A stretch of DNA of 64,000 nt, from contig OZ176053.1 of NCBI GenBank assembly GCA_964247055.1, positions 1,860,001 through 1,924,000 on the forward strand. Reading direction: 5' to 3'. The stretch comes from Paragordius varius. Its lineage: Eukaryota > Animalia > Nematomorpha. A program made the position numbers and the translations under genes. Below the pieces are notes generated by a model. It had not been told where the DNA came from. It did no database searches and was given only the letters and a program-made list of their open reading frames with translations. This document shows, piece by piece, positions 13,935 to 25,809 of this stretch (within the stretch, counting starts at the first letter, position 1; every line of letters starts with the position of its first letter).

Positions 13935-15919
13935 TCACATGCTTTGATATTGGGATGCCGAGGAGCCCATAGGTGAAGAAAATGGAGATTGTGATGGTGA
14001 GTTTGGATTAGAAGGGTCCATACTTTGTGGATTCACTGAAAGTGCATAAAAAAAGTTTAGAATGAAAAAAAGTAAAATTGTTGATATTAAAAGCATGTAT
14101 ATGAATAAAATACCCCTTCCCCTATTGTATAATAATATCCGAATTTCAACCCTTTTTAATATGTATTTATTTGATTAATTTCAAAATACTCAGTTTATTC
14201 TTGTGATATACAATATTATTAATCAAAATTTATAAAACTATATTGTCTTTGCATCATTAAAAGAGCTTCAAAATACCCAATTTGCGTGAAAGTAGACACA
14301 ACTTAAAAATAATTAAATAACGGGTATCTTTTTTTTTCAAATCAAAAAGCATAATTAACGGCATAAGCTAATTTGTTGATTCAAGCGGTGTTTAACACAA
14401 ATGAGTTCGCGGGCTGTATTCGCAAAATATATGGCCATTCACTAACATTTTACCAGATTTTTATATTCCATTTGCACTTCAATAGTGCCCTTAAACATTT
14501 CAAATTGCTTAACTTTAAGTTGATTGAACATTCCAAATTAGTCCTTAAACACTCCAAGTTGATCCCTGAACACTTTAAATTGGTCCTAACTTTTATCAAT
14601 CAAACCTAGTCTCATTCACCTATTTTATCATTTTAATTTATTAAAATATTTTATGTGTAAGTATGATAACACTTGGGGTTATTATTATAATTTTTTATTA
14701 AAAACATTTTTTTAAATTAATAATTTTGTTGAATTGGAAAAATTTAGTTTTAAAAAAAGGTTTTTGTATAAAAAATTTATTTTAAGAGAATAAGTATATA
14801 AAAAATAGAGAAAATCGGGTTAAAAAATAATAAAATAAAAAAATAAATGCAAAAATTATGATTAAGTTAAAACAAATTTTAATGACAACTTGAAGTGTTC
14901 TAGGACCAACAAGTGTTTAAGGACGAACTTAAAGTGTTTAAGAACACCCTATAAGTCTAAATGAAACTACTATTTATTTAAACAATTCTTTCTAGTTTTT
15001 AGACAACATTTGAAAAAAATTAATGTGAAAATTGGTTTAAATAAATCAATTTTATTTAGATTATGTGAAGTTTTGTATTTTAAATTTCTCGCGGGCTGCA
15101 GGAATATTTTGAAGGGCCGCGTGTTGACAGTCCTGGTTTAAACGTTCATTGAAAAGTGGGGGCATTATAGGTGCTCCACTGTATATAAGTTTATGTGCGA
15201 TAAAAAAATAAAAACTACAATTAAATTAGAAATTATATCCTAAAGAATAATTTTATGTTTATTTTCAGAGCTTAAAAAAATATGCGCAAAAAATCTTTGA
15301 TATGAATGGCCATCTGTGACTTTTAACAAAATTCTAAAATATTAAACAACTTGTTAAACATAATTAAATAAAAAAAACTTGGACGAAATTGTTCAGCGGA
15401 TATACGTGTAAAAAGAATACCAACTCCTTCAATCAGGGCTAAAAGAACACCACCTAAATATTAATTTAAAAATATTTAAAAAAACCGACAACTGCCGAAC
15501 CAATCATAGGTCCAGGACCATTTCTTACTGCTAATATAGCACCGGTTAGGGCCCCACTTGCTATTGAATTCCAGGGGTCTTCTTTCTTACGAATTTGAAC
15601 CAAACTACAATCTATGGTGGAAAAAACACCGCCCCAAACAGCAAAATTGCCTGAAATCAAAAAAACTTATAATACCTCCAATAACGGGACCTCTTTCTTT
15701 AATAGCTGCTAAGGAGCCCAATAATCGGCGATTAAAACCCTAATAATTAAATATTTAAATGTATACAATAGGGGCATTTCGAAATCCTTTGATCGCTTGA
15801 AATAAACTCCCGCCGATTGCTCCCATAGTAAATGCACCACCACAATCATCAACTATACGCCATGGGCTTTGAAATAAATTATTAATCCTTTACCAAGGTT
15901 CCCGTTGATATTCCTCCAT
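13935..15919 (-). CDS. TIMM17: Mitochondrial import inner membrane translocase TIM17, 6 exons (15919-15894, 15866-15767, 15739-15676, 15650-15486, 15453-15379, 14035-13935), 176 aa
   Basis: [77 protein letters not shown]. Exons sum to 531 nt; introns of 27, 27, 25, 32 and 1343 nt, all GT-AG. Last exon encodes MNPQSMDP..QYQSM*. Confidence 0.95.
14466..14955. mobile_element. TACCATTT-type MITE, family V (21-bp unit CACTTCAAGTTGGTCCTTGAA), in TIM17 intron 5, inside a GGGCCGC-bearing hAT-like MITE (~14382-15135)
   Basis: Inverted arrays of the 21-bp unit at 14466-14590 and 14885-14945; homologous to 31425-31956. Confidence 0.65.
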
Positions 15920-16004
15920 CTCACCAAATATTTACTAAACAAGGTTAGATTACTGTTTTACGTGATTCCATCGTATCAAATAAATAATATAGTGCATTTA
16001 AAAT
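15920..16004. promoter_or_regulatory. Putative bidirectional promoter/5' UTR region shared by TIM17 and the phosducin-like gene
   Basis: Divergent start codons at 15919 (-) and 16005 (+) are 85 bp apart. Confidence 0.75.
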
Positions 16005-16625
16005 ATGTCAACTCAGTTTGAAGACCAACTTATCAAAAGAGGTATTAAGCCTGAAAAAGTATTTAAAGAATCAGAAATAATAGATATTGCTGAAAAAGTA
16101 ATTCAAGGTAAATTCACAAAATTTATTGATTATAGATAAAAATAATGTTTTGCCGGTCGATCCTTTGCTAGATGAAGAAGATGAGGAAGACGATGAAATA
16201 TTTAATATGTATCGGAAAAAGAGATTAATGAATGAGTTTTCTGTATCAAATAATATTATTTTTGAAATATCCAGTGATAATTTTAAGGAGGAAGTTACTA
16301 ACGCAAATCCCGATTTATGGGTTTTGGTACATCTGTATCAAAATTACTTACCTATCTGCAAATTAATCGAATCTCATTTAAATGAAATATCAAAGAAAAG
16401 TAAATATGTTGGCAAAGTAAAATTTGTAAAAATTGTATCGACGAGATGTATACCTACTTTACCTGATTCTAAACTACCCCTAATCATTACTTATAAAAAT
16501 GGACAAATTGTGAAGCCAAATTTTAAGTCATTAAATGACCCAGAAATATCTATGTCAGGTTAATTTCAATCTTATATTTAGCAATCGAACATGAAATCGA
16601 TGAAATGACAAATAGCAAAAACTAA
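16005..16625 (+). CDS. PDCL3: Phosducin-like protein, PhLP2/PDCL3 (Viaf/Plp2) subgroup; exons 16005-16107, 16136-16558, 16582-16625; 189 aa
   Basis: FEDQLIKRGIKPEK, an acidic patch plus YRKKRL, and WVLVHLYQNYLPICKLIESHL..VKFVKIVSTRCIPTLPDSKLP match the PhLP2 thioredoxin-like domain. Introns of 28 and 23 nt. Confidence 0.88.
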
Positions 16626-17962
16626 TTTATAATATTTATTATACTTTGCTGTGTTTTATAATGATTTTATTGCAATAAATTATTTATAGGCTTTTTAAAT
16701 TTATAACTATTATACTATGGTTTTAAAAAAAGGTTGTTATACGTTCCCCATTATTATTAAAAAATCTAAGTATGACTCAAACCTCAGCAAATTCCTTTTT
16801 ATGGCCCTTTTTTATCAAATTTTTTAATTCATTTTTGATTAAAAATTTCAATGTATCAAATAGTTATAAAATTTTTATTTGTATTATTTGGTGCACGGCC
16901 CTTCAGACAAGATAAATATTTTATGCGGCGTATCCAAAATTTTGGGTTAGTACCACTGATAGCTTGTGAACGCCATTTTTCTTTTATAAATGGTTAATAA
17001 GGTGACTTGTTAAGACACCCAATATTTTCAAATTAACGCATCCCCTAATCATTATCTACTCTTTGTCCCTAACTCTACATAGCCATCATAATTGCAATCT
17101 ATAAAAATTTCCAACCGGGTCTACTATATAAAATAATTTCACCAATTTTAAAACTATATACGAACTACAGTTAAATCACAAATTGATAGTCTTAGAAACA
17201 ATCATAGCAAGTCTAAAACTAAATTTTCCAGAAGATAGAATCATCAAAAAATCTAACATAAGATGTTTAAACTATAAAAAACTCAGATGACGCGCAGAAA
17301 ACAGCTAAATTTAAATCATCCATAACTGAAAAATTAAAATAAACTTTAATCTCAGACCCAACTTGGGAAAATTTAAAAAACACTTATATCCATACAGTTG
17401 AATGCCTGGTGGGGAGGAAAAAATCAAATAAAGGTCATCAAAAAAAATATCAATTTTGGTGGAATAATAAAGTGAAAGAGCATATAAAACAGAAAAATTT
17501 GGCACATAAAATTTGGTTCAAGGAAAAGACACCATTAAATAGAAAATTATATCTAGAATCCAAATGCCAAAAATGAAGAAGCGCTAAAGTATGCGAAAGA
17601 AATCGATATAAAAACTAAAAACAAAACTGTATATAAATGGGCTAAAAGCAATAATAATAACACATCCGCACCAAAATCAGTGAGAGAAAACAACACAATA
17701 ATAAATGATCCAGCTATTGTTAAAAACAGCTATCATATCTACTTTTCAGAAATTTTAAACCTAAACAATCCCATTACTACTCCTATCACATCAACACCTA
17801 CTCAAAGCTGTGCTGAAAACCTAACTGAATCAGATATCCATACCGCTTTATGCAAAATGAAAAATAAAAAACTCTCTGGCCCTTCATAACTCACGGCCGA
17901 CATTCTTAAACTGACAGACCCTCAGATTATCGACTCATATCTGACAACTTTATTCAACAATA

Positions 17963-19360
17963 TACCATTTCCCAGTCTAAATAAACGTTTCCCAGTCAAT
18001 CGAAACATTTTCCCAATCAATCGAAACGTTTTCCCAGTCAATCGAAACGTTTTCCCAGTCAATCGAAACGTATTCCCAATCAATTGAAACATTTTCCCAG
18101 TCAATAAAAACATTTTCCCAATCAATAAAAACGTTTTCCCATTCAATAAAAACGGTTTTATTTTTGATGATAAATATCAAAACAAGAATATAAACACAAC
18201 TTTTGCATAAAAACACAGTTATTGAATGAAAATTTTTCCAATTTTATTCCAGTGCACAATCATTAATAACTTATTCTTTAAAAGTTATATTTTTGCATAT
18301 GAGATGTTTTTAAGATAATGTTTTTTATTTTTCGATGGTTCGCAGTAATATTTGCAGAACGCTTTACAACTGTTTTTAAATATGTTAAGTTTATCGTTAC
18401 AGATACTGTCGGAAAAAACATAATAGCAAAAAATATTTTTTTGAGAAATGTTTTTGATTTAAAAATATTTAATAAAATAGGATATTTGTTTAAAAGGGTG
18501 TCCAACTAAATGCTTCTCGGGCCGCTTTAACTCAAATACACCGTTCAGCATTCGAAAATACGGGCATTCACATAAATTTTCGATTTGACATATTAAAATA
18601 CAATCACATTATAATAATTTTTTTAATTCATTACCAATTTAATAGGCTCATTCAGAATAATTGCGTAAGAATTATGAATATTGCTAAGATTTTGGGGCCA
18701 TATTTTTGCATATAAATTTCCTAATTTTTCGCGGGCCGCATAAAGATACTTGGAAGGCCCCCTTAGGGCCCCGATGAACCAAATGATAAATATTATATTA
18801 GAAATTTATGTTTAAAATCCAATTTGAAGTGTTAAATAACCTTTGAGAGACAAATGGTATATATTTATAAATTTTATTATTTCATTCGTAAATATAGATT
18901 TTATATGTTAGCCGCACATATTAGCGAACCATCGATTAAATAAAAAATATTATCTTAAAAACATCTCAAATTCCAAAAATATAACCTTTAAAGAATAAGT
19001 CATTAATGATTGTGCACTGGAATAAACTTGGAAAATTTGTCCCTCAATAATTGTGTTTATATTAAAATAATATCCAATATTACGCTGATAATGATTAAAA
19101 GTTATTTTTATATTCCTGTTTTGATATTTATCATCAAAAATAAAACCGTTTTTATTGACTGGGAAAACGTTTTTATTGATTGGGAAAATGTTTTTATTGA
19201 CTGGGAAAATGTTTCGATTGATTGGGAATACGTTTCGATTGACTGGGAAAATGTTTCGATTGACTGGGAAAACGTTTCGATTGACTGGGAAAACGTTTCG
19301 ATTGATTGGGAAAATGTTTCGATTGACTGGGAAAACGTTTATTTAGACTGGGAAATGGTA
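17963..19360. mobile_element. Foldback-type non-autonomous DNA element FB-1: ~400-bp TIRs with arrays of the 21-bp unit ATTGACTGGGAAAACGTTTCG; TA target duplication
   Basis: Termini TACCATTTCCC...GGGAAATGGTA with TA at 17961-62 and 19361-62. Removing the element and one TA restores the RT codons AAC AAT ATA ATA AAA GAC. Confidence 0.92.
18495..18763. mobile_element. Small hAT-like MITE with GGGCCGC subterminal motifs, inside FB-1
   Basis: AGGGTGTCCAAC..GGGCCGC at the left, GCGGGCCGC..TTGGAAGGCCCCCT at the right; resembles the 55185-56109 family. Confidence 0.5.
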
Positions 19361-20952
19361 TATAATAAAAGACGAAAAAATCCCTCCTGACTGGGAAAAC
19401 AGCCATATCATTCCCATATACAAAAAATGAGACCTCCTCCTGCCGAAATCCTACCGTCCAATAAAGTTATTAGATCACACTATGAAAATATAGAAAAAGT
19501 AAATCTCTCCAAAATCCTGCTCAAATTGCATTTAAACGAAATGCAATGCGGGTTCCGGCCAAATAAAAGTACAATAGATGCCATATTCACGCTAAGACAA
19601 CTTCAAAGCGCATACATAAAAAATCTCCTTTATACTACGCTTTTCTTGACATGGAACGAGCCTTTGATGCCATTCCAAGAGATCCTACACCATGAGCTCT
19701 TAGGCGTCAAGGCATTGACGAATGGTTGATAATCTCAATAATGCTCTTATACCGTAATATCAGAGCCGAAATTAAAACTCCGTTTGGACTAAGTAAAAGT
19801 TTTTCAATAAAAAATGGACTCCACCAAGGATCCATATTAAGCCCAACCCTCTTCAATGTCATTATGGAAGAAATAACTAAAGACATCGCAACCGGCATGC
19901 CACACCAAATTCTTTACGCCGATGACCTCGTAATAACATCGACATCCGAAAGCGATCTCATAGCAAAAATTCATTTGTGGAATGACACCTTACAAAGTTA
20001 TGGAGTCAAGTCAATATCCCAAAAACCAAATTAATGTCCGATAATCTCACCGCTAAAAACCCATGCAGCGTATGCAAAAAAGAAGTTAAATCATCCGTAC
20101 GCTGCAATTCTTGTTTTCTATGGGTACACAAAAAATGTAGTAGTCTCAAAACTCTAAATGATTACGATAAAAATTACAAATGTTCGGCATGTTTTAATTA
20201 ATATTAATTTAACAATCAACTCAATTCCCAACCCTTTCAATATGAACAGTGAGCAGTTGCTACTTGGGCGATATGATATCAGCCGGTGGCGGAATAGAAT
20301 ATGCAATTAAACATCGCATATCACAAATGTGGAAAAAATACCATTCGTCAAAATTAATAATAAATAATAAATTCGTCAAACTACAAACTAAATGTGCCAT
20401 TTACACTACAGCCATCCGTCCCGTCCTCACATATGTATCCGAATCCTGGCCGATGTCAAAAACAAATGAATCCAAACTCATAAACGCTGAATCCAAATAA
20501 TTGAAAACAATATTATTCGCACACAATCCTTCTAAATTCAATTATACCGAATCCATAAACCCGTACCATATAGTCAATCTCAATCCCATCAACAACGTCA
20601 TCAGAAATATCCGGTTACAATGGGCTGGACATGTTGAAAGACGGCAAGATACTCACATTCTTAAAAATATGAAAAATTACTCAGTTTAGCTACCAGCGAA
20701 ATCCGGCCGACCCCATACCACATGGCTCAACACAATAACTAAAGACCTCAAATCGCTTAATTTAAATCTAGAATTAGCCAAATCAAGAAAAGTGGAAAAA
20801 CGGGTGTACCGTCATTTAATGGCGAATCCCCTTACAAATGAATGATGATGATTATGTCCATACTATGACATTCAATAAATAAGAATCAAGAAATGTTATT
20901 TATTAAATTAATAAATTGTTTGATGAATGGCACAAGCACAAGCCGATTTGCT

Positions 20953-21120
20953 ATTCCATCTCCTAGTCCTAAAAAACAATTTCCGAAATAATCGAAACAT
21001 TTTTCCAATCAAGCGAAACGTTCTCCGAGTCGATCGAAATATTTTCCCATTCATTAAAAACGGTTTTATTTTGGATGATAAATATTAAAATAAGATACAA
21101 AAATTAACTTTTTATCATTA
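20953..21120. mobile_element. Old, diverged solo left arm of the FB element
   Basis: Degenerate 21-bp units followed by AAAAACGGTTTTATTTTGGATGATAAATAT, as in the FB-1/FB-2 arms. Confidence 0.65.
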
Positions 21121-21299
21121 TATGGGTATTAAAACGGATAATAATTGTTTTTTCCCAATATTTTACCACACTGGGTAATCTTTAAATGACTTATGATTAT
21201 AAAATTTTAATTTTTGATGTAATCCATTTACATTTAAAATTAATCTTTCATTTAATATTCGCTCTTAAACATGAGCAAATCTTGCAAATTAATTTTCCA

Positions 21300-21700
21300 T
21301 GTCAGACTACCTCAACGCCATTTTTATATTAAAAAATGATGCAAAATTGCGTGTTTATTATAAAGGTAAAATAAGAGTTATTTTTTATTTAAATCACATC
21401 TAACCATGATAGATATAAAAGCGGTATATTTTGTATTTTTTTTTAATTTAACCAATGCTCACATGTCTCGTTGACTAAATTTTTACCTTTGGGTTTTACC
21501 TTAAAAAAGTAGTATCAAGTATTTTTGGATAACATTTTTTAAATATTCCTGTTTATTGATAAATGCAAAATTTGCATGATTTCGATGCCTTCCATATTTA
21601 TCAAAGTATTTAAATCAGGCCTGGTGTATCAACTACCCCTATTTGAATCGATGGATAGAAATGAATATATTGTAAACATGGAATTTATAAACTTAAAAAG
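21300..21700. mobile_element. Partial copy of the TTAA/CACTT (piggyBac-like) MITE
   Basis: Shares CACATGTCTCGTTGACTAAATTTTTACC and AACTACCCCTATTTGAATCG with 22689-23269. Confidence 0.6.
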
Positions 21701-21724
21701 TTTGAATTATTCTATATATTAAAA

Positions 21725-22160
21725 TAGGGCTTATCTATGGTGTGATTCATCCGGGCGGCTACAATTGCACAAGCTTTGCAAAATAACATCTGTCTAGTTG
21801 GCGCACCCCCAAGCATAGCTATAATTATGCGAGATATAGCAAAGGCACACACTCAGGTGTTAGTATAGCCTAGGAGTGACCTGCAGAGAATGTTTAACGG
21901 AATTACGGTCAGTAAAAACCCAGAAAGTTGACGAATCTTTAAATTGACCAAATACAGTTTGACAAATTTGACCATTAAATTGGATAGGTTTAATTAGTAC
22001 AAGTGGCCATGCAATTGTAGCCCATAACAGTATTGTAAGATATCTACCATTTAAAAAAGCCATAATTAAAATACAGCGCTCTTGGTTAATGATAGTGGCT
22101 ACCTAACAGAGTATTAAGAGCGACTCATAACCCACCATAGTTGCATCACCATGGGACAGC
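21725..22160 (-). pseudogene. Relic coding segment related to the interior of the CACTA-terminated element at 58084-59216
   Basis: CLCYISHNYSYAWG...CKACAI here versus CYLCHIWHNYRIAWGICRACAA at ~58460-58400; the DNA is clearly homologous but diverged. Confidence 0.45.
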
Positions 22161-22440
22161 GTGTATTTTATCAAAAATTATTTTTTGATTCTACATTAGC
22201 TTATTTTTAAACATTTTATTGAGCAATCTAAGCATCGCGTTTATTAAGATTTCCATCATAGAAAAAACATTTGGGACTCTCGGAGCCCACATTTAAAACT
22301 AAAATTTTATAATATTGTTTTCTTTTTTCTATGTTTTTATGATATGGTTTAGTTTATTCTTTATGATGAAATCAGCTTTAAACAAAAAAATTATTTAATA
22401 AAATATTTAAATATTTTGTCCCTTCATATGGCGCAGATAA

Positions 22441-23565
22441 CACTTCGATTCAAATTGGGGTATCTAAATATCCCAGACTATATTCAAATTGATAGTTTTG
22501 AAAAACTACTGAAAGAAACGGTTCCAATTTAAATTTATGCTTCTATCCTAATAAAAATTATATATATAAACCAAGATGTCTAAATAAAATTCAGTTTTAA
22601 GAAAAATTCGTATCAAACTATTTGGACGCCATTTTTATCTTTCAACATTTTTGCAAAATATCATATTTATTTCTAATCCTAATATTAACACTTTGATTCA
22701 AATTGGGGTATCTAAATACCCCAGACTAAATTTAAGTTAGAATTTTTAAAAAACTACTAAAGGAAACGGTCCCAATTTAAATTTATGCTTCTACCCTCAA
22801 AATATTATATAAAAATGCCAAAATATCTTAATAAAATTTTGTTTTGAAAAAAAATTTCCATCTCAAACTACTTCGACGCCATTTTTATTTTACAAAAATT
22901 TTGCAAAATATGGTCATGATTTTATTTTAAGGGTATAACTAAAGCTTATTTTTTTATATAAATTACATCTAACATTGATAGAAATAAAAAAACGGTTTAT
23001 TTTGTATTATTTTTTAATTTTACAATTTGACACATGTCACATTGACTAAATTTTTACCTTTCAGTTTTAGCTCAAAATAAGTAAAATCAAGTATTTTTAA
23101 ATAAATTTTTTTATATATTTCGGTTTATTAATGTTATATAAGTGCAAAATTTTGCCATGGTTTCGATTGCTTCCATACTTTTTAAATTATTTGATTTTAA
23201 ACAGGCCTGGGGTATCCAACTACCCCAATTTGAATCGAAGGACTAAAATGAGTGTGTTGTATCCAAGTGTTAAGTTTACTTTTTTTATTACAATCACATT
23301 TAACATTGATATAAGCAGAAAAAGTCGTATATTTTGTATGATTTTTACATTTAGCTTATGCACACATGTCAAGTTGACTGAATTTTTACCTTTGGGTTTT
23401 GCCTCTGAATAAGTAATATGAAAAATTTTAAACAAATTTTTTATTATATTTCAGTTCGGTAATGTGATATAAGTGAAAACTTTGGATATTTTTTAAAATG
23501 ATTTTAAATAAGCTGGGGCATCTAACTACCCCAATTTGAATCGAAGGACTGAAATGAATATGTTT
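22441..23565. mobile_element. piggyBac-like MITE (outer, older copy) interrupted by a younger copy of the same family
   Basis: Starts CACTTCGATTCAAATTGGGG at 22441 and resumes after 23273. Confidence 0.7.
22689..23269. mobile_element. piggyBac-like MITE (~580 bp) with TTAA target duplication
   Basis: TTAA|CACTTTGATTC...ATCCAAGTG|TTAA; same family as 54484-55029 and 60988-61557, reverse orientation. Confidence 0.85.
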
Positions 23566-23819
23566 ATTTCCTGAATTACTAAAAATAAAAGCCCGTGTTA
23601 ATGATGCATTTTTTAATCAGAATATATTTATACTTAAGATTTTTTTGTCGACACTGTGTAATATGCCAAAATGCTTATATCATATAGATATGTGATAATA
23701 GTTTAAATTTTTTTAATATAAATGTCTGCAGATATCGATAAATCCATATATAAAATTGTCATATGCGTTTTTTTACATATCTAACCTTACTCGCTAAAGT
23801 TTAAAACCTTCCAGAAAAA

Positions 23820-25773
23820 ATGGACAATAAGCTCTATGATATCTTAGGTGTTAGCCGCAATGCATCAGATAATGAAATAAAAAAGCAGTATCGAAAGCTA
23901 GCAAAAGAATATCATCCTGATAAAAATCCGGAACACGGCGAAAAGGTATATATTTTTTTATTATTTTAACTATAGTTTAAAGAATTAAGTTTTGCTTATG
24001 ATGTACTTACCGATCCAAATAAACGACAGCTTTATGATTCACATGGAATCCAAGGTTTAAAGGATGGTGGAGCATCTGCCGACTGTATTATTTTTTAGTT
24101 TTAATATATATCCTTTAGTTGGTGACGATATTTTCTCATCACTTTTTGGGGGTGGGAGTCCCTTTGGTGGTGGATTATTTGGATTTGGGGGAGGTGGTGG
24201 TCCTAAACGCAATGTTAGACGCAAAGGCGAAGATACCGTTTATCCTTTAAAGTAAAATATGAACACTTTTGTCATCCTAAATTATCGGATCGATTAATGT
24301 AAATAAAATTATTGTTAAATAGCCTTGTATTATAAGTGTTTATTAAATTGTTTGATTAGAGTTTCCCTTGAAGATCTTTACAAAGGACGTGTTGCAAAAC
24401 TTCAACTTGGTCGCTCAGTTATTTGTTCAACTTGTGAAGGGTATTACACTATCTTTAATTTTTTATAGTTTTTTTATAAATAAAATAGAATTTTAATGAA
24501 TAAAAAATGTTTATGATATCTCGTCTAATCATTTTAAATAGGTAGGAAGTATACCTGGATAATAAATTGCTTATAAAACCCAATCTAATATTCGAATATA
24601 TATTATATTTATGTGTAACCACACCAATTTTAATAATGATATATAAAAAAAATTGATTAGACAACATATATATTTAACTGCAGATTTGTAAATATTATAT
24701 TAACGCATCGGATTGTATTTTAAAAGTACCATATTATCATCCCATAAATTCAATTATGAATTACAATGAGTTATTATTCTATTTTTACGTTAAAGATTAC
24801 TTGCACTAATCAAATTCATTTTAATAAATTAATTCAATTATAGCTGAATTATAATTGCAATAATAATGTAAAATTATTTAGTATATACAAAAAAATCTTG
24901 ATTATAAAACCGAATATTTTTTCCATTAATTTATTTATATCATATGCTATATATAAATTTATTTTTTTTATCATTTTTCAGGCGAGGAGGAAAACCGGGA
25001 TGTTTCCAGCCCTGTCCAGGTTGTAAGGGTAGAGGCATTAAAGTAACGATCCGACAATTGGGACCAGGATTTATGCAACAAATGCAAACTGCATGCACTG
25101 AATGTAATCGCACCGGTAAATTTCCCTCCTTTTTTTATTATAAAAGACAGTCTTAAATATATTAAGTTTAGAGTGTTAACTTATCATTAATTTGCTATTA
25201 CGGTGTGCCTTTTTTTGTTTAATTTAGATTATAGTAGGTTGTTAAAAAATAATGAGCCTGTTGCTGAAACCAGCGCTGTAGTTTTTGATTATTAATTAAC
25301 AAATTTATTTTTGTGTTCTTTAAATGAGTGTATATACCATTTATAATATAAATTTACCATTGAACAATTCAAGTTTACCCCGAAAATAAATTATATATTT
25401 TCGGGCTAATATAACTCATCATGAATATGAAATATATTTTTATGGCATAGTTAATTAATTTTTCAGTATTACATTAATTTTAAAAAAAATTATATTTTTT
25501 AAAAATATAAAAAAATATAGGTAGTTTTTAACCTAAAAAAACACCTAATTCATTTTAGGTGACTTTGAATTGTTTGTAGTGAATTTGAATTGTACAGGGG
25601 TAAATTTTAATAAATGGTATATACCAAATTAAACCCAAAGGTTCTTACTTACGGTATATATATCGTAAATCCTATATACGATACATTTACAATTCAAATT
25701 CACTATTGAACAATTCAAATTTACTACAATTCTTTATCCTAAAATAAATTGTGTTTTTTTAAATTTAGGATTA

Positions 25774-25809
<36 letters not shown>

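Larger units (their letters stand above)
17040..20856 (+). mobile_element. Degenerate RTE-clade non-LTR retrotransposon, split by a foldback element at 17963-19360
   Basis: WWNNKVKEHIK, LFNNIIKDEKIPPDWENSHIIPIYK (rejoined across the insertion), QCGFRPNKSTIDAIFTLRQL, GLHQGSILSPTLF, ILYADDLVI, a CxxC..CxxC..WVHKKC insert, YLGDMIS, IRPVLTY, RLQWAGHVERR, and a (TGA)n tail near 20840. Multiple frameshifts and stops. Confidence 0.9.

Noticed and set aside
13235-15135. One hAT element enclosing the last TIM17 exon (exon exaptation)
   Set aside because: The flanking 8-mers (TTCTAACT versus GTTTAAAC) do not match; the ends belong to separate MITE fragments.
15300-15378. TIM17 ending at short in-frame stops right after exon 5
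   Set aside because: A phase-compatible exon at 14035-13935 with a strong acceptor gives a typical P/S/Q-rich TIM17 C-terminus.
17965-19355. 21-bp arrays as a CRISPR array or as heptad-repeat proteins (IDWENVS / LTGKTFR ORFs, also at 32018-32986)
   Set aside because: Units are contiguous with no spacers, occur as mirror images in inverted arms bounded by a TA duplication, and are open in several frames only because 21 is a multiple of 3. The context is eukaryotic with no cas genes.
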